From assembly GCA_965205975.1 (NCBI GenBank), contig OZ242195.1:3520001-3584000 (forward strand): a DNA stretch of 64,000 nucleotides, given 5' to 3'. Shown here piece by piece: positions 8,729 through 17,648 of the stretch. Every line of letters starts with the position of its first letter. The first letter of the stretch is position 1. The position numbers and the translations under genes are program-made. The notes beneath the pieces were generated by a model. It was not told the DNA's origin, did no database searches, and worked only from the letters and a program-made list of their open reading frames with translations. The stretch comes from Candidatus Latescibacterota bacterium. GTDB taxonomy: Bacteria; Latescibacterota; UBA2968.

Positions 8729-11700
8729 TTAGAACGAGAATCGCAAACCAAATGTGATGTCTCGACGGTCCAGATAGACGATATAAGGACGGCGCGTTTC
8801 CTGGAAATTGTCCAGATCGACATCGGAACCCGGACGGCTACCTTCCTGAAGTTTGCCGTCGGCACCAACCGTCCAGCCAAGTCGCTCCATATACGCGTCG
8901 GCTTTGGCATCGTCATTTGTGCCTGGATAGTCCCAGACCTCGCCATCGTAGTCACGCAGATTGTTGAAGTTCTTGAAATTAAAAATATTGTGAATTTCCA
9001 AATACAACAGCGGTGCGCCCGTGGTATCAAAGGCTTTTGAAATCCGCAGATCTGCCATGTTGCTATCTGTCCACTGCACATTCAACACATTCTGCAGCGC
9101 AGCGTCATTGGTCGGATTGTGATTCATCCACCAACCGCCTTCTCGGCGATAGAACAAGTTGGCTTCCCAACCGCCCTTCAACATGCGCTGTTCGGCTCCG
9201 TAATCCAGCGGCGTTCGGAAGTTCAAACCCAACTTCCAGATTGGACGCGGCTTAAATTGTGGATTGGCGGCATTAGCACTGGCCTCAATAGTCAATCGGG
9301 AAGGCGTCGATACCGTGTTCTGATCGTAGATATTCTCCCACCCAATCCGCTTGCTGCGCTCCTGACGGTAATCATAAGAAATGAAACCCGTAAAGAACTG
9401 ACCGCGCGATTTCTTAAAAGCAAGCTCATAACCGCGCACATCCTTGATCCGTCCCTGGGTTGTCCACCGCGTACGCCTGCCAGTACTGTTTTCGGGATAA
9501 TAACTCGTGTTGGGTTCGAGTTCCTTGTCGATGTCCTTAAAATACACCGTGCCCGAAGCCAGATATGTACCTTCAAAACTTTTCTCAAAACCGAGCTCAT
9601 AAGCGATGGTCTGTGGCATTTCTACCCATGTGTTGCCAAAGTTCTCCAGCGGCTCACCCGCACCGGATTGCGCGCGGTAAAGTTCCACTGTCGTCGGCAC
9701 CTGATAGAAGTGACCGTAGTTAAAATAGAGCTTGGAAGTCGCAGTTGTTGGATGAGACACGCCAAACCGCGGACTCCACTCCCACTGGGTTGGCGCGCGA
9801 ACCGAGCGTCGATTTTCGTATAACAATTCGGCATTCGATCCCAGATATTCTGCATGCGGCTGTCCTACCAGATCAAACCACTTGTCCGGACGGTGAAAAT
9901 CCAGCCTCAGCCCCGCATTCACCACGATCTGGCGATACTCCATACGGTCTTGCACGAAGAAACCGCCATACCACGGCGTCTTCACCCAATAATTGTGCAA
10001 GTTGGCTGTTTGCGTCGCCACGATATCTGCCGGATTGTCGCTTTCCCAACCTTCGGGGCGGTCTGGCAACGTGGAGGTATAACCGCGATATTCACGCAGA
10101 AAGAATGTATGTGCCTGAATACCGGCTTTGACCTGGTGATGTGGCGTCATCTGACTGGTAATATCAAAAGTTATATCCGTCTCTTTGATATAAGACCAGT
10201 CCGCTGAACGGCTGGCACCACCGCCACCGCGCAAACGGTAAATACCCAGAATATCAACGCGGCGGTTGGCATAGTTCCAACCCACAGGCGCTTCATCCAG
10301 AATCACAGCACCTGCTGATTGCGCGGATGCAACGCCGGATTCGGTAATTTCTTCAACCCGACCATCGGGATAAACCGCTGCTGCGGGAATACCCACGGCT
10401 TGAGGTTTCTGCCATGTGGCTTCCCAATCCGTTCTGCCATACCGCGCAGTAAAATTGTAAAATGTCTTGGGCGACAATGTGTGCGACCAGTTCAGAGTAT
10501 AATAATTGCGGTCAATGGTCTCTTGATTGGCTTGAGACCCCGGCGCAAACATCTGAACATCGTCAAAACGGCGCGAAGCTTCCACCTGTGACCTGACAAA
10601 GGTTCCCGTAAAGTCGCCAGTTTTTGTACCATCTGCCCAACCGCGCAAATACCCCAGCGATAGTTTTGTCGTGGCTGTTGGCGTAAACGTCAATTTGGCC
10701 TGTGCCAGGTTGTCGCGATACGACGTTTTGGACAAATCGTACGTATATGCCGTGCGCTCGCGCTGATTGGTCACCATCACCGACAATTTATCCTTGATCA
10801 CCGGTGTGCCAATTGTCACATCGTAGAGATAATCGGATTCGCGATCAGCAGCATTGGCATTAAAACCATTATTCCCTTCCAATTCAAAATTGCGATGCTG
10901 CCATGCCCATATCCCTTTGGCCTGAGCAACCGTTGTTATCGGAAGATCGAAAATCCCCGCAGTCCATTCGCCTGCCGGACCGCCGCGATCATTGAACTCC
11001 TGCGTCCAGCCCTTAAAATCAGGTACACCATCGCCATTGCTATCTGCTGTGGGACCATCGCTCTCAAAGCGACCGATATCCCACCAGTTGTCCGAGCTAT
11101 ATACGTCGGGACCAAAGTGCTTGCGACCAGCGGGATTATAACGCGCATCGGCACTGATTGTAAACTGACGCGGCTCGCGGGTCACAATATTGACAACGCC
11201 ACTGCGCGCATCGCCATATTCAGCACTAAAGCCACCCGTCAAAATCTGAACTTCTGCCAGATTTGTTTTGCTAAAAGAAGAATACGGACGGTTATTGCGG
11301 TTGTCTTTCATACCCACACCGTCCATTGTGTACAACATCTCTTCTTCACTGGCACCGCGAATAGTCAAACCCCAGTCATCGCTATCCACACCTACCTGTG
11401 TGGCAAACGCATCGCGCAGACGAGGACCCGTTGGTGCTTCGCGGACTTCACTTGCCTTCATAATCGTCTGAGCGTAAGAAACTTCCAATTCAACCGGCGG
11501 ACGCTCAGCCACCACCGTAATCTCACTCAATTCGACGGTCGATTCTGTCAGAGAAAAATTCACAGGCGAGGTGCGATCAATACTCACCACCACATCCGTC
11601 TTACTCACCGTGTGATATCCCACAAGTGATGCCTGAACTTCGTACACGCCAGGCAAAACCTGAATAATGAAGTAATCGCCATTGACATCTGCTGTGGCGC

Positions 11701-11872
11701 CCATTCTGGTGCCAACAAGAACTACGTTAGCACCTGGTAAGGGATCACCCCCAGCATCTGTAATGCGACCCGAAACTTTACCCGTGGTGGTCTGTGCATC
11801 GGCCTGATACGCCAGCCCAAACCCCAGAGCAATAGCAAGCAAGGCTATAAACCCAGCTCTCAAACGGTACAT
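8729..11872 (-). CDS. TonB-dependent receptor with N-terminal carboxypeptidase-regulatory-like domain (copy 1)
   Basis: TTGKVSGRITD..G.PLPGANV; plug motif GGFSAEYGDARSGVVNIVT; QDRMEY...VNAGLRLD; ends GLRFSF. Confidence 0.9.
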   Translation of the reverse strand: MYRLRAGFIALLAIALGFGLAYQADAQTTTGKVSGRITDAGGDPLPGANVVLVGTRMGATADVNGDYFIIQVLPGVYEVQASLVGYHTVSKTDVVVSIDRTSPVNFSLTESTVELSEITVVAERPPVELEVSYAQTIMKASEVREAPTGPRLRDAFATQVGVDSDDWGLTIRGASEEEMLYTMDGVGMKDNRNNRPYSSFSKTNLAEVQILTGGFSAEYGDARSGVVNIVTREPRQFTISADARYNPAGRKHFGPDVYSSDNWWDIGRFESDGPTADSNGDGVPDFKGWTQEFNDRGGPAGEWTAGIFDLPITTVAQAKGIWAWQHRNFELEGNNGFNANAADRESDYLYDVTIGTPVIKDKLSVMVTNQRERTAYTYDLSKTSYRDNLAQAKLTFTPTATTKLSLGYLRGWADGTKTGDFTGTFVRSQVEASRRFDDVQMFAPGSQANQETIDRNYYTLNWSHTLSPKTFYNFTARYGRTDWEATWQKPQAVGIPAAAVYPDGRVEEITESGVASAQSAGAVILDEAPVGWNYANRRVDILGIYRLRGGGGASRSADWSYIKETDITFDITSQMTPHHQVKAGIQAHTFFLREYRGYTSTLPDRPEGWESDNPADIVATQTANLHNYWVKTPWYGGFFVQDRMEYRQIVVNAGLRLDFHRPDKWFDLVGQPHAEYLGSNAELLYENRRSVRAPTQWEWSPRFGVSHPTTATSKLYFNYGHFYQVPTTVELYRAQSGAGEPLENFGNTWVEMPQTIAYELGFEKSFEGTYLASGTVYFKDIDKELEPNTSYYPENSTGRRTRWTTQGRIKDVRGYELAFKKSRGQFFTGFISYDYRQERSKRIGWENIYDQNTVSTPSRLTIEASANAANPQFKPRPIWKLGLNFRTPLDYGAEQRMLKGGWEANLFYRREGGWWMNHNPTNDAALQNVLNVQWTDSNMADLRISKAFDTTGAPLLYLEIHNIFNFKNFNNLRDYDGEVWDYPGTNDDAKADAYMERLGWTVGADGKLQEGSRPGSDVDLDNFQETRRPYIVYLDRRDITFGLRFSF

Positions 11873-12134
11873 AAACTCCTCCTTTGGTTTCTTTCCCAGG
11901 CATTGGGAAAGATAAGGAAAAAACCACCCGGCTCATTCCCAACGAAATTTCTCCATCTGAATGGAGCAATATCACCTGCAAAATATTATCTGCTCAGCCC
12001 TTAACATCACCTCCTTCTCAACCCCTCCCTGTGATTGCAAAAGCGGGCTTGAATGTCCCACCTCCTTTCGGTCTGCGATGTTAATTCTCAGTTTATCAAC
12101 TTGTGAATAATTTCCGATAATTCTTCTTCTGCCC

Positions 12135-12163
12135 AATTTAATATGCACCTCAAAATCTGTCAA
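12135..12163 (-). promoter_or_regulatory. Sigma70-like promoter of receptor operon 1
   Basis: Minus strand TTGACA-N17-TAAATT in an AT-rich intergenic region. Confidence 0.5.
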
Positions 12164-12360
12164 GTATATACGCCAACTTACAGAATGTGTAAATACTATC
12201 TATAACATATTGTTTTAAAAAAACTTAAACTTGAATTATCGGAATTTCAAAAAATAACTTGCTAAAATCAAAAAAGTGAGCCAGCGCACAAACAAAAATG
12301 TCCCGCGATATTTGACATTTCGACCATTTCATCTGGTCAAATACCAAATGGATGTAAAAC

Positions 12361-12395
12361 AAAAAATAAAGCCCCGCGCTATACGGGGCTTTTTG
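12361..12395. terminator. Intrinsic terminator after GWxTD copy 2
   Basis: AAAGCCCCG-N7-CGGGGCTTT with A and T tails. Confidence 0.8.
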
Positions 12396-12427
12396 TTGAA
12401 TTGTGCCACCACTGAGCAGAAGAGATG

Positions 12428-15400
12428 TCAAGGTGCAATAAAAAATATCACCTCCTTGCTCACCTTCATGTCCGTATTCAAATCCGTTACCGTCACCTCC
12501 ATCTCATAGTGTCCCGCCTCTGACCCACTCACATCGATCTCCAGATAATTGTACTCTGTTTCCCGCGTACCCACCTGCTCGTAAGAAATTGTCACCTCTT
12601 TCTTCTCCTCAATACCCAACAATGTTCCGACCGCGCGCAAAATCGTCACAATCAGGGGTTTGCCTTTGCGTGGTGAAATTTTGTAATCCATCTGGTAGCG
12701 CGTCTGACCAAATTCATCGGATGTCAGCCCATAGACCTCGTAATAAATCGTCACGGGCTGTCCCGGCACATAGGTTTTGGATGGCATAGGCACCACCTTA
12801 TGCCCTCCTTTGACCTTCCCTCCAGCATCCTCCACTACCGATCCGGCCATCTCTATATCGCTCAATCCCAACTCACCACCCTCATAAGCCTCCACCTCCA
12901 CCTCGCGCGTATAAGCCCCCATCGCATTGTGAGCGCGATCATGCACTTCCACGCCCAAATAATATTTGCCTGGCGGCACATTGAGCGCCAACTCATCAAT
13001 CAATAGAGTTCCACTACCCACCTCAGCATCATCTGACACGGCAAAAGGCAACCCGGCGACCTTCCGAAAAACCGGTGTCCACGTACTGTCAAACAGAGCA
13101 ATACCCCGTTCAACACGACCTTCAGTTCGCCCCGAGTCAATCAGAGCAACCAAAGGCACACCGCAATAGACCTCTAACCGGCTGCGCGGATTCTCCCCGC
13201 GAAAATCTATCGCATCGAAGTGAAATGCTAAATCATCTGTTACGGCCCGATAAATTTCAGATTGTTGCCGCACCGCCCGCGCCATCACCCGATCGGGTCT
13301 TTTTGCCGTCCACTGGCTCTGATTAAAAGTTGACAGCACGCGACCCTGCGGCATATCGGGAAAATCGAACCCGCCGCGGGAATCCAACGCCGTAAACACG
13401 ACCTCAATACCCCCTGCCACATCGGGATAAATCCAGTACTCCCAATTCGAACCCCCATCAATGGGAAAAATGGGAAAACCCCGGATATTAGTCATACCCG
13501 CATCGCGATCGCGGTGCGAATCCTGAACATCGTCATAATAGTTTCCATCATTGCGATCGGCACCGCCGCCAAAAAACGTGCGATTGGGATTCAATTCGTA
13601 ATCAATAGACTCAAAATCTGAAACAATCAAATCTCCTGCATCCTCACCCTGATATTGCACATCCCGCGTCGATGTCCGCAACCTGCCCATCCGCGCGATA
13701 ATCTCCTTATGCGCCTCGGGCGTCAGCCCCATCCACAACCGCTCCTTAACCCGCACGACATCGGGATCCATCTCATAGCGCACATCGCCTGCGCGGCTCT
13801 TGTGGGCTGGTTCGCCATAGCGAATATAAATCTCCCCGCGCTTGTCCCACGGCTTTTGTCCAGACGAAAAATGCTGCATCGCATACAACACCCGACGATA
13901 GTGCTCCACCAGACGCTCATTGCTCGGCGTGGCCGGCGTGGGATCGCGGCGCTGCCAGAACATCCGAACAAAGTCCGGCTGCTGTTCGGGCGGCAATGCC
14001 TCGTAAGCAACGGTCTCTTCCAGCGTTGCCAATAGACGAATGTCTTGCAGCAGACCGCGCGTGTCGTCATCTACCGTACGCAAATACTCCGCCATCACCT
14101 TCTGCGCTTCTCCTGTCTGTCCCATCAGTTGATACACGCCCAATAGCAAGGGAAGACATTCCGCACGCAATTCAGGACGCGTATCCATCAACTCGCGCCA
14201 CACGCGCGTCGCCCTTGTGCGTTGTTCCCGCTTCAACCATATCCGCCCCAAATCGAACCGCGCCCGTGCGTGCATCGGATTCACCACAGTCTGTCGGGTA
14301 TAAGCTTTCTCGGCAGATTCGACCTTGCCCTCGCGTTCAAACACCCGCCCGAGCAAATACAGCAACTCGGGGTGATGCGGATACGCTTCAATCGCCTCTT
14401 TCAAGGCGTCTTCTGCCCGTTGTTTGCCCCCCAGCAAACGGGCAAGCGCACGGTTGGCCTGTGCGGTTTTCCAATTGGGGCGAAGAGCCAAAGCCTGATC
14501 ATAAGCCACCACGGCCTCATCCCACCGCCTGCGTCCAATATGGGATATCCCCACACCATTATATACTTCGGGCAACACCCCACCTGCGTTCAACGCCGAG
14601 TTAAACGTCTGTTCCGCAAAGGGTAAATTGCCGGCAAACAAATAGGCATATCCCTGCGCGGATCGTCCCATCAAATCGTTTCCATCTTCATCGAGAAGCG
14701 CCTCAAGCATCTCCAGAGCCGCCTGCGCCATTGCCGTATCCGGCAGCACCTGTCGGGCCGCATAGCGCGGATCGATATGCTTTGCCAGTTCTCTGCGCCT
14801 GCCCAGGGCTGTGATTATCGCCCCATCCAGGTCAGGAGGCACACCAAAACCGAGTAGCGGATTGTAATACGACCGCGCCACAATCGGATTGCGGTCCATC
14901 CAGAACCCGTAGAGAAACGCCGCGCGGTCTGCGCGCCCCAGACCAGTATAAGTGGCTTCAACCTCGGAACCCCCAAACCGCTTTAACAAATGCTGCGCTG
15001 TTTTTGCTCGCCGATCATCAAAACCCGAAGCCGGAACAAGCGTCTCACCCATCACCTCAAATTTTCGAGCCGATACGAGTGTATCCCGCCCCGCCGTTAC
15101 CTGAACCCGCAACGTATATGTCCCCGGTAGCAGTTCATGAGTGGGAATGCCCTCGGCGAATTTGACTTCACCCCGATACCCGGGAAATGACCGCTGATCG
15201 CGCCAGAGGCGATGCCCGTATCGGTCTTCTATCTGCATCTCGACCCGGTGGCTCTGATAGCCCAGATAATACACCTCAAAATACAGATAGAGCGTATTCC
15301 CCCGCCGATATTGCCGCGCCGGGTTGGGCAGGATCAAGCGCCCGTCTTTTCGGAACATCTCAAGGCTCTCTCCAGCCCCCTGTGGATTAAATCCGGAAGA

Positions 15401-15892
15401 CAAATACAGATCGCTCATGCCTATTTTTCCGGGATCGTAAGCGGGCACACCGAGAGAAAATACCGCCAATCCCGCCCGGTCGGCCTGCAAGTCACTCAAA
15501 GTCAGTTCCCCGCGATAGCGACCTGTGGGCAAGCGCACCTGCACCATATCATATACCATGCGGTCTGTATCGACAGTGGCTTCCAGCGACTCGGCGGTCA
15601 GCCTGCTTTCCGCCTCCACCTGTTGCACAACCTCTCCGGCATCGTTTAAGACCCGTAGCGAAGGCTTGTACCGCGCGAGATAAATCCCCGAATCTTGCCT
15701 CAAAAATGCAAATTGCGCCACCGGAAACCTCAATATCACTTCCTCGAATCCCTCGCGGCCCCGATATCGAAAACTGCACACATCGATCTCGAAAGCTATG
15801 GACCCTTCCCCGCGCGGTGGCAGGTCCATCTCGCTGGCGTGCAGTTCAAAAGCTGCGACCATCAAACTCAAAAATATTATTGCGATACGCAT
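12428..15892 (-). CDS. Secreted TPR + GWxTD-domain protein (copy 2); start revised to 15892
   Basis: GAGG RBS then MRIAIIFLSLMVAAFELHA; TPRs; FWQRRDPTPATPSNERLVEHYRRV...PWDKRGEIYIRYGEP. Confidence 0.85.
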   Translation of the reverse strand: MRIAIIFLSLMVAAFELHASEMDLPPRGEGSIAFEIDVCSFRYRGREGFEEVILRFPVAQFAFLRQDSGIYLARYKPSLRVLNDAGEVVQQVEAESRLTAESLEATVDTDRMVYDMVQVRLPTGRYRGELTLSDLQADRAGLAVFSLGVPAYDPGKIGMSDLYLSSGFNPQGAGESLEMFRKDGRLILPNPARQYRRGNTLYLYFEVYYLGYQSHRVEMQIEDRYGHRLWRDQRSFPGYRGEVKFAEGIPTHELLPGTYTLRVQVTAGRDTLVSARKFEVMGETLVPASGFDDRRAKTAQHLLKRFGGSEVEATYTGLGRADRAAFLYGFWMDRNPIVARSYYNPLLGFGVPPDLDGAIITALGRRRELAKHIDPRYAARQVLPDTAMAQAALEMLEALLDEDGNDLMGRSAQGYAYLFAGNLPFAEQTFNSALNAGGVLPEVYNGVGISHIGRRRWDEAVVAYDQALALRPNWKTAQANRALARLLGGKQRAEDALKEAIEAYPHHPELLYLLGRVFEREGKVESAEKAYTRQTVVNPMHARARFDLGRIWLKREQRTRATRVWRELMDTRPELRAECLPLLLGVYQLMGQTGEAQKVMAEYLRTVDDDTRGLLQDIRLLATLEETVAYEALPPEQQPDFVRMFWQRRDPTPATPSNERLVEHYRRVLYAMQHFSSGQKPWDKRGEIYIRYGEPAHKSRAGDVRYEMDPDVVRVKERLWMGLTPEAHKEIIARMGRLRTSTRDVQYQGEDAGDLIVSDFESIDYELNPNRTFFGGGADRNDGNYYDDVQDSHRDRDAGMTNIRGFPIFPIDGGSNWEYWIYPDVAGGIEVVFTALDSRGGFDFPDMPQGRVLSTFNQSQWTAKRPDRVMARAVRQQSEIYRAVTDDLAFHFDAIDFRGENPRSRLEVYCGVPLVALIDSGRTEGRVERGIALFDSTWTPVFRKVAGLPFAVSDDAEVGSGTLLIDELALNVPPGKYYLGVEVHDRAHNAMGAYTREVEVEAYEGGELGLSDIEMAGSVVEDAGGKVKGGHKVVPMPSKTYVPGQPVTIYYEVYGLTSDEFGQTRYQMDYKISPRKGKPLIVTILRAVGTLLGIEEKKEVTISYEQVGTRETEYNYLEIDVSGSEAGHYEMEVTVTDLNTDMKVSKEVIFFIAP

Positions 15893-16011
15893 AGTTATTT
15901 CCTCTAAAAAAAACAGTCCAATACGGTTTCTATCTCTACAGAAACGCCTCCGGAAAGATATAGGTCCCAAAAATTTACTTCTAACTGATGATCTGCACAA
16001 TATCATGGGTC

Positions 16012-16131
16012 TGTCATTTTGAGCCTTTCGGCTTCGCTCAAGATAAACTCCGCGCAGTGGAGTCGAAAAATCTACTACCAGCACAGGTGGAACAGATGCT
16101 TCGGCTCCGTTACACTCCGCTCAGCATGACA
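16012..16131. repeat. Stand-alone copy of the TGTCAT...ATGACA palindromic element (REP/MITE-like)
   Basis: TGTCATTTTGAGC ... GCTCAGCATGACA; 16077-16106 matches 1340-1369 with one mismatch. Confidence 0.85.
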
Positions 16132-16370
16132 AACACCCAGACTTGCGTAACGTCAGTAATATAAACAACAATGTCCTGCGGCGTTCGGTGTTTATGAATC
16201 TAAGCCCCGTATAAGCGTGTAATACACTTAAGGCCATGTATAATTTTTCTTGTCATAGACCACAATTTTCGTTATTTATTGTATACCTTGATTCATAATC
16301 AGTATAACTGTAAATAATTGTAAATAAATGTGAATAAATGTAACTGTAATCGCAAAAAAAGGAGCCTCCC

Positions 16371-17648
16371 ATGAAACCACTGAATCGGCGCACATTTCTC
16401 AGAAGTGCAGGTGTTTGTCTGGCATTGCCGTTTTTAGACGCCATGATCCCCGTGGGGCGAACTGCGAGTCGGGCATTTGCACTTGCCCGCGAACAAACCG
16501 CAAAGCGGCTGGTATGTATTGGCAACCCCTTTGGAATGATCCCCGAGCGATTCTTCCCAACGGGAAGCGGAGGAAATTACACACTCCCCACACTCCTGCA
16601 ACCCCTATCAGCGCATCAACAAGATTTCACAATCTTCTCCAACCTGGACCACGGCGTAACCGGCGGACACCGCACCGCGCATACATTCTTGAGCGGCATC
16701 CGCATCAAAGACGCCAAAATGATGCCCGAAGGCAACATCAGCATCGATCAAAAAGCCGCGGAATTTGTGGGCGTCAACACGCGGTTTCCCTCGTTAAACG
16801 TAAGCATCAATGGCCACTGCGAAATGGTCTGGACGCGCACGGGCGTGCGGGTACCGCCAATTAACAATCCCCAAAAAGTATTTCAAGCACTATTTGTAGA
16901 TACCACAGCACAAGAGAAAAAGCAACGTGCAATCGCGCTCGAACAGCACGGCAGCATCTTAGACGCCGTAATGGGAGAAGCGCGATCCTTTGAGCGCAAA
17001 CTGGGACAAAGAGACCGGGAAAAACTGGAAGAATATCTGACCTCTGTGCGCACAGTCGAGAAAAAGCTGGGCATGTCCAAAGCGTGGCTGGACAAACCTA
17101 AACCCCAGGTCAATATGGCAATGCCGGAAAATGGCCCCTTTGTCGAAACCCTGCCCTTGATGTACGACCTCATTGCCCTATCACTCCAAACAGATTCCAC
17201 GCGGATCGCAACCCTGGAAGTCGGCCAGGGGATCAAAACCACGGACCTGGGCTTGAACACAAATTACCACAAATACTCACATCACGGCAAATTGCCCGAA
17301 CTCATGGAAGGCCTGACAATAATTGAAAAATACCAGATGGAACACCTGGGCCTGTTCTTCGACAAACTCAAAGCCATTGAAGACCCCGCCGGGGGAACCC
17401 TATTTGACAACACCATGGTATTATCGGGCAGCGGCATGGGCAATGGCAGTTCGCACTCTAACAAAAACCTGCCCATCTTGCTCGCGGGTGGCGGATTCAA
17501 TCACGGGCAGCACATAGTATTTCCAGAAGCAAAGCCCCAGCGCGTTCCACTGAGCAATTTGTACCTATCTATGTTGCAAAATTTTGGATTAGAAATCGAT
17601 CATTTCGGCCAGAGCACCGGCACGCTGAAAGGATTTGAAGTAAAATGA
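16371..17648 (+). CDS. DUF1552-family protein, Tat-exported
   Basis: NRRTFLR...LALPFLDAM; ISIDQ; ALSLQTDSTRI; YHKYSHHG; GNGSSHSNKNLPILLAGG. Confidence 0.85.
   Translation: MKPLNRRTFLRSAGVCLALPFLDAMIPVGRTASRAFALAREQTAKRLVCIGNPFGMIPERFFPTGSGGNYTLPTLLQPLSAHQQDFTIFSNLDHGVTGGHRTAHTFLSGIRIKDAKMMPEGNISIDQKAAEFVGVNTRFPSLNVSINGHCEMVWTRTGVRVPPINNPQKVFQALFVDTTAQEKKQRAIALEQHGSILDAVMGEARSFERKLGQRDREKLEEYLTSVRTVEKKLGMSKAWLDKPKPQVNMAMPENGPFVETLPLMYDLIALSLQTDSTRIATLEVGQGIKTTDLGLNTNYHKYSHHGKLPELMEGLTIIEKYQMEHLGLFFDKLKAIEDPAGGTLFDNTMVLSGSGMGNGSSHSNKNLPILLAGGGFNHGQHIVFPEAKPQRVPLSNLYLSMLQNFGLEIDHFGQSTGTLKGFEVK

Noticed and set aside
15893..16084. N-terminal extension of the 1218-aa ORF
   Set aside because: Runs through the palindromic repeat; RBS and signal peptide are at 15892
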